In this document: one piece after another, positions 50,486-63,179 of the stretch
How the letters are laid out: every line of letters starts with the position of its first letter
How positions within the stretch are numbered: the first letter of the stretch is position 1
DNA from: Sphaerodactylus townsendi
Taxonomy: Eukaryota
Assembly (NCBI RefSeq): GCF_021028975.2
Contig: NC_059426.1
Span: 71,796,001-71,860,000 of the forward strand
DNA: 64,000 nucleotides
Direction of reading: 5' to 3'
The notes under the pieces: model-generated
Database searches by the model: none
What the model was told of the DNA's origin: nothing
The model's input: the letters and a program-made list of their open reading frames with translations, nothing else
Translations under genes and position numbers: made by a program

Positions 50486-52714
50486 ATGTTTCCAGCTCTT
50501 CGCCACCTCTGCCAGGGTATTCCCCCTTCACCTGTTTCCAATGTGGGCCTAGTACGCAGATACTTATCCTGGGAAAATGAACAACGCTGTCGCAGGTTGC
50601 TGCAGGCATCCACCACCCAGTATAAAAAAGAGCCTGTGTCAGCAGCTGTTCTAGTGTCTCTGTGTACTGTGGCGGGGGTTCCAGCTGTCCTGTACACTCT
50701 GCGTTCCAGCACCATGACTGGCACACACAAAGGAGATGTCAGGTATTGGGTAACCCAACTTTCTTTTCTAATGCATTTAAACAGTCTGGAAATTAAGTTA
50801 TTCTTATCAGAAGCTGTGTTTGCTCCTTCATGTGCTCCATAATTTTCAGAGGCAAACGAATAGTCCTCAGTCGCAATGCATTATTCATAGACCAGACGCT
50901 TCCTCTCCAGTCAGTCACTGCCTTTCAGTTCCAGTCACTACAAAACTCCCTTGACTTTCTAGTACTGGTTTTCCCTTTTGAAAGAACTTTGATTTGCTCA
51001 TGCAGCTTCCCAGGTGGTAAGCGTGACTCCCGTGACCGTGATGCCATCGCCACAGCACTCAGGGAGACTCATGAAGAGCTGAACTTGCAACTAGGGGAAG
51101 ACTGCGTCTGGGGAGTCATGAAACCTGTGCCTGACAGGGTAATGCTATATTGGGGTCCCAGTATCTTTGATGATAGGATTATACTTGGATAGGTTTCTGT
51201 AAAGGACTGATACTTTGGGGAATCCCATGGAAAAAATGATTACGAGGGAAGTAGAAGATTGCCTGGAATTGTGGTGTGGGCTAAAAGGTGTGCCTGAGGG
51301 CAGGACCCTTCAGAGGACTTGGCCAAGGGAGGTAGCACTTTTGGCTGCTACTTGCAGGAAAAGATTGGAGGGGTTTCGAGTTCCTTGGTTTTTAACTCTG
51401 GCTTCTTTTCAGAGAGGATTGGCTGTTGCTCCTGTTCTTGCAAACCTGGGTCCTCTGGAGCATCTGACCCTGAAGCCTAACTCCCAGGAGGTGAGTTAAA
51501 TGCTATTCTTCCAATTGAGGAACCCACAGAAAATACTAACATTCTTTGTCCACCTGCTAACACTTAGAAAATTTTAATGACCTCTTTTCCTTTGGAGAAA
51601 AGGCTGATGGGCAGCCTTTCTCAGGTAGCTGAGAAATTAAGACAGAAAGTCGTGTTGCTAATCAGCTTTGGAGGAGTGTGAAAATTTGGGTGATGTGGTA
51701 GTTGAACTATTAGAGTGTTGGACTAGGACTGGAGACACCCAGGTTCAAATCCTCACTCTCTCTGAACTCTACATCACAGGGTGGTTGTGAGGACCAAATT
51801 GAGTAGGGGCAAATCATATGTGCTACCTGGAGCTCCTTGGTGGATGGGATAAATTGTGATAGGTAAGGGTAAAAGCCAGATTTAAGGCTTTTATTATTTA
51901 AAAATGTATGCTCCACCTTGTGGGTTTTGATTTCTTAGGTTCTGCTACAGTTTATCAAATATATTAATTACAACTAGTTCTCCCTCAGGATGCCTTTGGT
52001 GAACATTAAGGGCAAGCAACAAGCCAGCTTTGAACTATGTATGAGTGTCTGTCAGAGTGGGACAGTTTCCTGTACCTCCGCTTATTTGTTTGAGGCATTT
52101 ATGAGAGTGGCATCAATGGGGTAGAGCCCAAGATGGTGCCCTAGCTAGATATACTGGGGAGGAATGACTGCTGTCAACACACATCTCCCAGATAATGATA
52201 GTAAATGGAAAGTGGTAACATGAATTCACACTTTCCTTCTATTAGACATTGCCAAAGAGACAATGGGGGTGGTGGGTGGTGGGAGGAGACATGATTCAAA
52301 AGTGCAAAGTACTGTATTATAGTTAGGACTGAAATGGAAGGCTTGTGAGTATTCTTGTCCGGGTTGTGATTGTGATTTTCTGTTCATTTAACCGAACTCT
52401 TAAGACTTGTGCAGGGAAATCATAGCTCTGCAGCTAACTGGGAGATGTGCTCTTCTACTTTGGTCCACTTATTTTTGCAATCTGATTTGTAGGTTGAGAC
52501 TGTGTTCACACTTTCCATTTCCCACTTGCTGCAAGAAGAAAACCAGGGCTACACAAACTTCTGCCAGAAGAGGCAGTACAGCTACACATTGCCTGTCTTT
52601 CTGCATGGTCCTCACCGCATATGGGGTCTCACAGCAATAATCACTGATTTGACTCTAGAATTACTGGCTCCAGAAACGTACCACAGGCGGACTCGAATTC
52701 AGGCCACTCGCTGA
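50486..52714 (+). CDS. NUDT8: Nudix hydrolase 8 (mitochondrial CoA diphosphatase family), 229 aa
   Basis: Exons 50486-50742 (acceptor at 50479/50480), 51006-51138, 51413-51490 and 52493-52714 (690 nt). CoA-type motif LYTLRSS..G.HKGDVSFPGG, Nudix box GKRDSRDRDAIATALRETHEEL, and C-terminal YTLPVFLHGPHRIWGLTA. Confidence 0.93.
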
Positions 52715-52965
52715 CCTTTGCAACCTGTATCTAAAGGATGACTTCTAAGCTCTGTGGCCCTCTTCCATGATATTTATCAAAATACTTGATACAGGTAATT
52801 CCACCAGCCAGATCCTGATCACTAGCATTTTGGAAAAGTAAGGGTATTTGCCTTTCTCCTTCTACAGCACCTGGGCCCCTGAAGCAAATGATTATGTGTC
52901 ATTAAGAGGATGAGAACCACTATAGTAATCTATTCTTCCTACTGCTGCTGTAGGGCCTATTTTTG

Positions 52966-52971
52966 AATAAA
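52966..52971 (+). terminator. Probable NUDT8 poly(A) signal (AATAAA)
   Basis: First canonical hexamer after the stop at 52714. Confidence 0.55.
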
Positions 52972-55364
52972 AGGAATAATTTGGCACTGAACTTTGGTTA
53001 TCTCAGGTCATTAATGTTTGATTGGCATGAAAAGTTAGGCAAGCATTTGACAAACAAGATACATATCTCTTGAGTATTCATGGAGTCAGGATGCCCCATC
53101 CAGAATATTTATTTGTTTGTTTGTTTATTAAACTTGATAGGCCACTTTTTCTCATTAGAGAAATGTCTTACATCAGGATGTCTTACATCAGTTAAACCAA
53201 CATCTTAAAACACAGTTGCCATACAAAGTCCTGGTGCCTTAATTTCTACTATAACTCAACCAGAGGGAATGAATTAGTAATAAAGTATTGGACCGCTTAA
53301 CTAAGCTCAAAGGAAACAAAAATCAAGGAAGCTGAAAAAGCACAGGGCCAGCCAATTGGACTGCTGTTGTAGTCTTCAAACTTCTGCCACAAGAGGCAAG
53401 ATTTGTGTGAGCCTTGCAGGCCAGCTAGTCTTATAGGCCCTGCTACATGTAATAGGCCTTGCAGGTCCATGTCTCACTTGAAAGAGCATTCCACCAAGCT
53501 GCGGCCAGGGCTGAGGAAGCTCTGGCCCTGGTTGAAGACAGCCAGTAGTTTATGAACAGTTTTAGGTAGTTGAGGATAGCCAGATAGGCTCTGACTGGGG
53601 AATACATTTTTATCCCTGACTCTGTAGCTTATGGCATCTAGTCTGCTGCCTGGCTCCTCAGTAGTGGTGTGATTGCCAGACATATTCCAGTTCTAACTTT
53701 TCTCCACATTTCTTTCCATTTTCCTAAAACCAAATATAGTACCTAATCGCATAGTGTTCATAAAGTGGCATTTCATCTTTCAAAACTGAGCTATTAAAAG
53801 CCATACAATTGCCACATTAAAAATAAGCTCAAGCAGAAAGGTTTTAATTTATTTCTTGAGCCCTTTCCACACCAGGATCACCAAACAATATAACTAGTAC
53901 AAAAGTCAGTTCTGTGATTCTACTTACCGGTATTCAGTGTGTAATTTCTGTCCAAAAATTGTATATATGGGGATAGAATTGCCATAGATGAAGCTTTATC
54001 TACTTTTTCATTAAGGCATGACAAAAAATAAGGTGACATTAGCATTTTTTAAAAGTTGCTGGTGATATACCAACAAGACATTATTTTATCACAGCAAAGT
54101 ATGTGCTGTTCACTTTAACCCCCATATGTCAATCTCTGTTCTTATATTTTCCATTGCCTCCTTATTCAGGCCCACACTCCCCTGCATACAGAATTTAGTA
54201 GGCTGATGGATCACTAATTCTGATGAGGCATATTCTAAACAGCAAAGCTTCACTTGATGTTACCAGTAAAAACCCACAAGAAACATGCGGGGGGGGGGAT
54301 CCCCTTTGCTTCCTCACTTCTCCCCTTTTTTGTCAGTATTCCCTCTTTCTTTTTTCCCACCCTTTATCAATCTTCCTTCACGCCTCCCCTTATCCCCTCA
54401 CTCCTCCTGTACCAGTGTTTCCTCCTCTTTTTCTCTCCTTCTCTGGCAGTCCTTGGTTTCATCCTCCCCCCATTTCTCCCCTCACCCCTTGTATACAATC
54501 TACTTTTTCTCTTATCACCCCAGCCCTTCTCAGACACTGTCCCCCAATTTCCCCCTTCTCAATATGTCCCTTTCTCTCCCCCACTCCTTCACAATCTCTC
54601 CTCATCCCACCTTGGGAGCCATGGCGACAGCAGCAGGGCCCTGATTGTGAGGAGCTCCACTGAGGAGCCTTCCCCAAACTTTCCCCTCAATTGCTGATTG
54701 CCTACCTACCCGACTCCAGAGCTGTGGCTTCATTCTTGGCATCAGGAACTGAAGTGAAAATTTGGGGAGGGCAGTTGAGATGACTGACTGGAGATGGTCA
54801 TTGATCAGCTCCCAGCCATTGCGTAATAACATTAGCAGCTCTTTCCTCCCGTCTTGCAGCTTAAATGGTGGCTGTGGAGGCCTTCAAAACTCACAGGAGG
54901 AATCCCATTTTCCTGCCCCAACCCCTTTCACTTGGCACAGATGTGGACAGGCCCACCAAGCTTTGAACTTGTACACATAATGCTATGATTAATTTTAGAA
55001 GAATTTAAAACCCCCCCCCCCATGTATTTTTAAAAACATTTTACATTTTTCTACAAGATGTAGGGGGTCCTCCAAGTCTGCAGAAAAACTTTTGGGTAAC
55101 AGTGTTCCTCCTGTCTGTGGATTTAAGGCAAGGGGAACATGTGAGAATTAGATATATAGATAATGATTTAAATGTAGTTTCTACTTTTAAAGGTCCTCTG
55201 TTTGCACTCTGGTACTAGTGCTTTAATTGTGTTATAGACAGATATAGGCATTCTACCCCTGATTTTTCTCCATGAATATTTTGGAACACACTTGGGAGAA
55301 GCTGGGGGGAAATGCTGTTACAGGACTGAATAATGGCATTTTATACTATTTTATCATAAGGAGA

Positions 55365-56094
55365 CTAGCATGCCTGGCCATGCATTGCTGTGGCTGAGTC
55401 TGGTGAAGTGGAAAAGGAAGAAAAGGGGAAGCGAACAGTTCGAACATGTGTCATTGCACAATGATTTCAAGGGAGGGGAGAGGCAAGGGGCCCCTCGCTC
55501 CCCTCCCTCTCTCCCATTCCCTTGCATGGCAACCCTGAAGGTCCCTCCCTAACATTCCCCTTCCTCTGCTAGGGTGGGTGGGCCATGTCCAGGTGGGCTG
55601 GTCCTGTCCCTTTCACTCCCTTCCCTTACAGGCGAATTATCTAGCGTAAAACACGCTGGGAGGCATGAGCTACATTGTGTTCAAATTTCAGAGTGTTTGG
55701 TCCAGCAAACCCCTGGACCCTCCCTCACTTTCCCCTTCCTCCGCTAGGGTGGGTGGGCCATGTGCAGATAGCCCGCCGCATCCCTTTCACTCCATAAGGC
55801 AGTGGTTTTCAAGGAAGGCATGGTTGGTTCCCTTGTATCAGAGGGTGTTGGTTTGATGGCCAGCAGATGGCGCTGTTGCGGAACAGAACTGTGGTTCCAA
55901 CTGTCACAGGTGTAGCATGTATACAATAACTGGCACAGTTGTGACATGTACACAACAGGAGGTGTGGAAACAGTATGAAAACCTGGCCGCACGTGGATGT
56001 AACGTTGTGTGAAAAATTCAAAGCAATCGGTCCAGTAGTTTGGGAGATTACCTGTCAGCAGAAAAATGAACTGATAGATTTTCATATATATAGA
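55365..56094 (-). mobile_element. Non-autonomous Helitron-like element
   Basis: On the - strand: 5' A|TCTATATATA, 3' GCCA..TGGC hairpin followed by CTAG|T, A|T target and no TSD. Internal direct repeat near 55555 and 55733. Confidence 0.65.
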
Positions 56095-59000
56095 TTATGA
56101 GAAAAGATTCCCAAGATGATGTTTATTACAGGAAGCAATTTGGAACATGAAATACCTTTTCCATTTCAGGCCAGGGTACAGCCTGGATGAGGCACAAGGT
56201 GTATCATTAATTGAATTTATGGAACTTCAGGGCACAAAACATCTTCAGTGTATCCACTTTAGTGTCTGGAGTTGAAGAGTGAGAATTTAATGCTGCCCTA
56301 AAGGGAAGGCAGTTCTAACTGAACTTCAGGGTACCCCTCACAAGAATCTTACAAGTTTCTTTATAATGAATAGGAAGTGATGTTTTAGAAAGAGTTCAGT
56401 TGCAGATTCAGTTTCTGTGAGCTGTCCGTCCTTTCAAAGAGTAGTCAGTACTGAATAAATTGTGGTAGCTAAGATTAATCTGCTGGGGACACTGGTCTGG
56501 GCAGCAGGCAAATAGCATGGGCACAGGACAGTCCTTCTGGGGATGAGGAACTTTTTCAAAATGGTACCTGTCTCTTCTAAGGAGAGTTCTCTGTGTAGAT
56601 CATTCTGAGATACATTGGGACAATAAAGAACAATAAATAACGATTGGATAAGAATGCCTCTTCACCCCTCCTGTGCTGACTGTGACCTTTAGGGAGATTT
56701 GACTGCTGGAGTCAAAGTTATGATGGACCAGATTGTGGCTTCTCTGTCCCTTGGCGTATTCCCCCCAAACAAACACATGCCAGAAATAGCTAACAAATTT
56801 TCCACAAGTTACAGCCATTGGGATATAGTTTCATGTGATGTGCCACTAGACAGGATAGCTTGTGCCTCATGATATTTTGCAAAGGGCTTAACATTACAGT
56901 CTTCAGTCAGTAGATGGTGCTGCCATTTTAGAGGATCAGGAGATTGCTCTGGTGGATTATTCACTGCCTTGTACACGGAGTTGGAAGCGGAGACAGCCTG
57001 GACATCTGAGTGACTTACTGTGGAGAGAGCAGCCTGCCCTTCTCAGTGACGTCTCCCCCTTCCCTAGGAATGCTTGACCACCTCCTGTAGAGCAACAAGC
57101 AGGCTGCCATTCAAATTTGCATGATATCACTGGGGCAAAAAGTCAGAAAGGCCCGTAACAGGAATCCCCTGTCTCCACTGTGCTTGGAAATTCAGTGAAT
57201 CCAGGATGGGCTTCTTTTGTTCATGGAACAAAATTCATCGAGTAATCTAAGAAATCCCTGTATCGAGTCTTTCAGTCACTGAATTGGGTAATAGAGAACA
57301 TAATGGTGGTCTGGTACACTTTACTGAAATACAGTAATAAAAATGATTTCACTATTGTACTTTGTTTTTTTTTAACGGTTAAGTCCAGCTCTGAATCTTC
57401 ACATGGTACTATAATTTAGCATTAAGAAGTATATTAGTGACTTTGTTGACTTTTAAATATTTTTTTCCTATTCCTTGTTTGTAAAATTTTTGTCTCTCTA
57501 AACATTTTTCTTATAACTTGTTTCAGTCAAATTTGACAGCTAGGACTTTTCATGACAGAAACCTGCCTTTTCTAAATGTCCTACTTTATTACCATGTCTA
57601 TTTATGAAGGTGCATTAATGATAATATGGGAATTTTGCATGAATAAATCATTTAAATAATTTTAATACTGTTAAGATATCTACTTTTTCATTTGGTTATA
57701 TTTTTCAAAACATTATAAAATGGTGAACCCACATGGAGCTTATTCTATAAAAGTCAGCCTTAAAGTCAAATAAACTAAACTATACTATTTAAGGCTTTTG
57801 TGTTGGATCACAACTCTTGTTTTCCTCCAAACAAAAGTATTTGGTCAAAGTGCCAAACTGGCATACTTGATAAGGACGACTGGTCTTGTTGAATAGTTCA
57901 TCTGAACCTATGCTGCTTGCAGGTCAGTTATTTAGCAAAGAAGATATAGTTTTAAAACAGAAGGAAGATACAGTGTTCTGTTACTAAGAATCTGTGCATC
58001 TAGACACTGCTATTGATGCATAGAAAGTTGGAAGAGAGTAATAATGCTGACACCCCTTCAGGCCCAGTGACACCCCATCCATTCACACCCTGCCTTTGCG
58101 GCTCTCTGCAAGAAAGTGCTTGCCTTCTGTTACTGCAAGCACAGCAAATATTTACATGCTCAGATTCTGCAAAGGTTGTCTCAGCTACAACATGGAGTGG
58201 AACTGACATTACATCCCCGAAGGGTTTAACAGCTTTCACATAATGCATTCCTTGAAGGAGGAGGATTTAGACTAATTTACATTATGGAACTACTTGGATC
58301 TATTCCACCTGCTCTTCAAGAAACATTCCAAGCATTTTTTTTTCTCACAAAGAAGCTGCTTGACAAATTCTTAGGTGTCGTGTTAAGCTCATGAATATGG
58401 GATTCTGTCATTGTTTTGGTTATGTTTGATGTAATTGCAATATTAGAATTTTCAGCATCAAGTAGAAATCTTGATATTCTGTGAGATCTTTTTTTTTATT
58501 GGCTCTACTACATAAAGGAAAAAACAAATTCTGCCAGTTTACCAAGTTTCATTAATTTGATCCAATACAAATATTTTAGTCATTCTGTCAGCAGCAGATA
58601 TGGCTTGCGCTTATTTCTCCCATGTAAGTTTAATTTTGTATCGTCTTCGCAAAACAGTTGTATAGTTAAGAGGAAGGACAAATGGAATCCTAAGATATTT
58701 TTTAGACAGGGTAATTACTGAGTTTGATGGGGAGGATCAAGACGACTACAGGGAAGTCAATTTAAAAGCATCCAAAGCCACTCCTAATTTTGGATATTCA
58801 ATAGATACTTCCTTCAACCAATTGTGTTCATTTCAATCATGAGAACGAGAAATTTGATCTTTACAAAATGACAGCTGAGGTTTTCAGGAATCTGATTAGC
58901 ACTTTGTGTTGCTTGGGAAGCTAATGTCCATGTATTGTGACATGTGGCAGGATCCTAGCCAGGCAATAAAACAAAATGAATGACCAGAACTTATTCAGGT

Positions 59001-59095
59001 AGACCTGACACATTCCAAATTTGTGATTATCGAATGAAGGGATTGTACAAACTCTGAAATTCAAGACTGCTGATTCTAGCCTGATGATCCAGTAG

Positions 59096-59375
59096 ATCAG
59101 TGTCAAACTCATTTATTACAAGGGCCGGATATGACATAAATGTGATTTAGTGAGGCTGGGGCCAGATATATCTGTGGCTGCCTCAGCCAGGTGTGTGTGT
59201 GTGGGGGGGGGGATGGCTTTCTTGAGAGGATTTATCAGGCCCACAAGCCAGCTGAGGCAACTCCCCCCCCCCCAGATCAGGAGGGGGTGGTGGTTTGCCT
59301 TAGCTGACTCAAGAGCCTGATAAGCTTTCTCAAGGGGCCAGATTCAGCCCCCAGGCCACATGTTTGACATCCCCA
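59096..59375 (+). mobile_element. Degenerate hAT (MER30-like) MITE; an inverted relative lies at about 60367-60757
   Basis: Termini gtgtcaaactc and gtttgacatcccc. Shared body (gccggatatgacataaatg / catttatgtcatatctggc). Boundaries are approximate. Confidence 0.5.
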
Positions 59376-60774
59376 TGGACGTTGCCCATTTTCCCAGTGA
59401 CTGAATGGTTGATATCACCTGCGTCCCAGCAAGCTTGATTGTGATTAGATTCAATCTGCCTCAGACTGTCCTCATTCTAGCTTTCAACTACAGTGACAAT
59501 GTTTTCCCCCCAAATTGCCTCTCCAAATACTGGCCCTGAGTGACAGCCTTAATTTCTACAAATGATGAGTAAGATGTGGTCAATAACTCAGTGCACCACC
59601 TGCCATTATATTTTCAGATCCAGCCTGTAAGAAATGTATTTCTGGAATTCACAGCTGAAGCTCACCGGCCTGAATATATTTCACTCTGGCCTGTTACTGT
59701 GGAGTAGCACCAGAGTAGGAAGGCAACAGAAAACAGAACTGTATAGGTTTGGAAAATTTTCTTCAAGCTTTATGGCTGTGGATAGTGGAACTTGAATATG
59801 ATATAAATGGCTGGGTTAAATTTTACACACACATACACCATTCCTTGAACACTGTTGTTAAACATGTGGGCTCAAAGAAGAGTCATATGAAGGATTCTAC
59901 AGGATCTGCTAATCGCTGTTCTGAGAACTAGTTAGATCTAGTTAATTTTCTGTTGTTCCTACAACATCTCCCATTTTGCAACCTCTTGCTAATAAATGTT
60001 GTGAGGTGCCTGCTGGCTTGACTGCTATTCTCAGCTCTTACACTAGCCACAGATTTTTAGAGATTTACTGTTGTATAGTGTGTAGACCAGAACCTGGTTC
60101 CAAATTCCTACTCGACCATGAAAGGTTCGCTTAGTCAGTTACACTTTCTCTAAAGTTGCCTTGCAAGGTTATTATGAGGGTACAAATTGGGACTGGGAGA
60201 GCAGTGTGTGCTGCCTTAAACTCCTTGGAAGAAAGGTGGGATTAAAAATACACTATGTAAATAAATAGTGACCTATCCATTAGCACAATATATGTTTTCT
60301 ATTGGGGCAGCACTTGTGTATTTTCATGTCTGTGCTGGCAAGGATGTATGTATGTATCCCTCTTTAGCATGGATGCCAAACATGTGGTCTTGGAGCCAGA
60401 TCCAGCCCCTTGACAGAGCTTATCGGGCCACAAGCCAGTTGAGGCAACCTCCTTCGCTCACCAGTCCAGGCACCCCCCCCCCGCCACACACACACACACT
60501 TCCAATCTGGCCTGGTGAGCCCCCCCGCCCCCCCGCATGCCAAGCTGAGCTGAGGCAGCCACCCCCTCCAAGTGCTGATTTCAGTTGATGAGCCTGCTAT
60601 GAGCTCACCAAATGAGGCAGCTATGCACCTTTCCAGTGCTGGTCTAGGCTGGCGAGCCTACTGGGGGCTCACCAGAGGCAGTCACCCCTGACCCAGTTCA
60701 ATCAAGTCCCATTTATGTCATATCTGGCTCTCATAACAAATCAAATTGACACCCCTTCTCTATAGCCTTCTAAT

Positions 60775-61254
60775 CAGTGGTGAAACTGCCCCGGGTGCCA
60801 TGTGGGGGCGCAAAATCGGCCCTCCACGTGACCAGGAAGACCAAGTCCTGCTGCCCTGTCATCTTCTGGCACCCTTGGCCCCACCAATGTTGATGACCAC
60901 ATGGGTGGGACCAAGGAAGCCAGAGGACCCCCCCAACCTCACCCCCCTCCTGGTTGCCAGCTCCCCCCAAGCCCCGCCGCCCTCCCAGCTGCCGACTCCA
61001 AACTGGCAGCTGGTAGTCCTTTCTGCCCTCTCCTCCAGGGGCATGGCCCCACCCCCAAGCTTATAAAGCAAAGGCCCCAGTACAGAGTCTTCCAGTTGCT
61101 TCTGTCGGGCAGAAGGGGCTGCCAGCTGCCAGCTCAGAACTGGCAGATGGGAGGGGGCGGGGCTTGTGGGCGGGGCAGGGCCCACCCCAGGCATAGCGGG
61201 GGAGCACCCACAAAACAGATGTCTCCAGGTGCCATTTCCCTCGGCACGCCTCTG
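60775..61254. mobile_element. hAT (Tip100-like) MITE
   Basis: Termini cagtggtg and cacgcctctg, with a perfect 8-bp TSD cttctaat. Confidence 0.7.
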
Positions 61255-61854
61255 CTTCTAATGATATCTGCTCAGGGTCAGAGAAAGAACAGAGCTGGGG
61301 CCTGTGAAGATTTTTGGAAGGAAATAAAGGGTCTAGAAATTTATCCACCCCCCAGGTTTCTCAGAGGCACAGTGGAGTTTAAGTCAGATTAGCAATTTAC
61401 AGGGGGCACCTGGCAATCTCCAGCTATTACAACTGATCTCCAGGTAATCAAGATAATTTCCCCTGGAGAACAGGCTGCTTTGGAAGAGGGGCTCTGTGGC
61501 ACTGTATTTGCTGAGATCCCTCCCCAGGCTCTGTCCTTCCCAGATTACACCTCCAAAACCTCCAGGTATTTCCCAACCCAGAGCTGGCAACCCTGAGCCT
61601 TAGGCTGGCTTCCTCTTTTCCCATCAACTCAACTGCTGTTTAAAAAAATCCCTGTAGAGAACTATTGGACAATTTTTTTGAAGGGGGGGGGGATATTTTT
61701 GTAGTTTCCCCTTTTCCGTTTAGAAAGCCACAATTTTCTGAAAAACTCAGGTTGTCCCCTGATAATGGAGAAACCCACCCACCCCCCTTGTCTGTGGGTC
61801 ATCTGGTTTAAATGTTTCTGTGACTGGCGCAGGCGTCAGCCACTTTGGATAGAG

Positions 61855-62256
61855 CAGGGGTAGGGAACCTGCGGCTCAAGAGCCGCATGCGGCTCTTCTG
61901 CCCTTGCACTGCGGCTCCATGAGCAGGCAGCAGGGCGGGCGCACCAACTGCCTGCAGCCGGCTGGGCCGCACCACAGGCTTCCCCTCTCGCCTGCCCCAT
62001 TGGAGCGGAGCGGGTGCTTTCCCGGCGGCTGGCGAGGCTGAGCCGCTGGCCCCATCCTTGCCCGCCCTGCAGGTAGCAGGGCGGACGCATCCATGCGCTT
62101 CTTAGAATGAGCGGAGTAAAAGGTAAAAAAACCCCAATATATACAGTGTTATCTTCATTTTAAATGTCAAAAATTATTTGCGGCTCCAAGTGTTTTCTTT
62201 TCCCATGGAAAATGGGTCCAAATGGCTCTTTGAGTGCTAAAGGTTCCCTACCCCTG
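61855..62256 (-). mobile_element. hAT (Charlie-like) MITE, 402 bp, copy 2 (inverted relative to copy 1)
   Basis: Same TIR, perfect 8-bp TSD ggatagag, and 4 substitutions versus 48677-49078 by my reading. Confidence 0.9.
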
Positions 62257-63179
62257 GGATAGAGTGATGTTTTTATAGTTTTGGGTGCAATGACAATTCT
62301 AAGCGACATCTTTCTCCATTGTCCAAATAGATAAACATTTCCCACACTGTGCTGAGGAGAAAGTGAAATGAGAAAGACACTCATGAAGCTGGCTTAATTA
62401 GACCATATCACCTACTACCCAGTCCTTTTAATGGGACATGTCAAGGGAATGAACTGGGGACGCTCTGCATGAAAAGCAGTTGCCCAGTTCCAAGTCATGG
62501 CCCCTCCCTGTAGCTCAGCCAGCATTTATATGAAAGGAAACTGACTTTCCTTATTTGCTAAAAGTTGCACTGATTAATATCCTCTGATGGAGTTTAAGAT
62601 AAGAAGGATTACACAGCTGCAGGTACAATTATTTGCTCTCTTCTTCTGCCAAAGTGAGAACCACACACCTCAAAGCATTTATTTTACTTTCACTGAGAGC
62701 CAAGAAAGTTATCTGTGAAACTAAGCACAATGATGGAAATTGTGTCTTACATGACTATTTTTACGACTTGTTGATCTTGACCATAAAATCTGTATTTTTG
62801 TCATACAAGATAGTTACTTGGTCCATGGCATGGTCAAAAGAAAGTTTGTGCACGAGACAAAGTTATACTGACACAATTATTTGGAAATAGAAAATATATT
62901 TTAATCATGTATAGAACAGACTTCGAATCACACTCATGTCTCTATAATGCACAACTGGGATACTGACTTCCAAGATTTTATTTTTGGCCCTTCTGGTTGA
63001 AACAACAGGTCTCTCAACTGTGTTACAAATGGCCCTTTCACATCCAGGCTTGGGACCAGCAATGGCGGAGTTCTGTTGGGAAGAAAGTTGTACAAAACAT
63101 TGTACACCATGTGCACCTTCTGGAGGAGAGGTGATATTGTTTTTAACGCTATTAGCTTAATGCTAAGAGTGTGCCCTGT

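Noticed and set aside
54223-54697. Overlapping 119-147 aa ORFs rich in P/L/S/F
   Set aside because: C/T-rich low-complexity tract that lacks stops in all frames.
48677-62256. Idea that the twin MITEs caused the flipped orientation of NUDT8
   Set aside because: Each copy retains matching TSDs, and the promoter outside the pair is co-oriented with the coding exons, so no inversion occurred between them.
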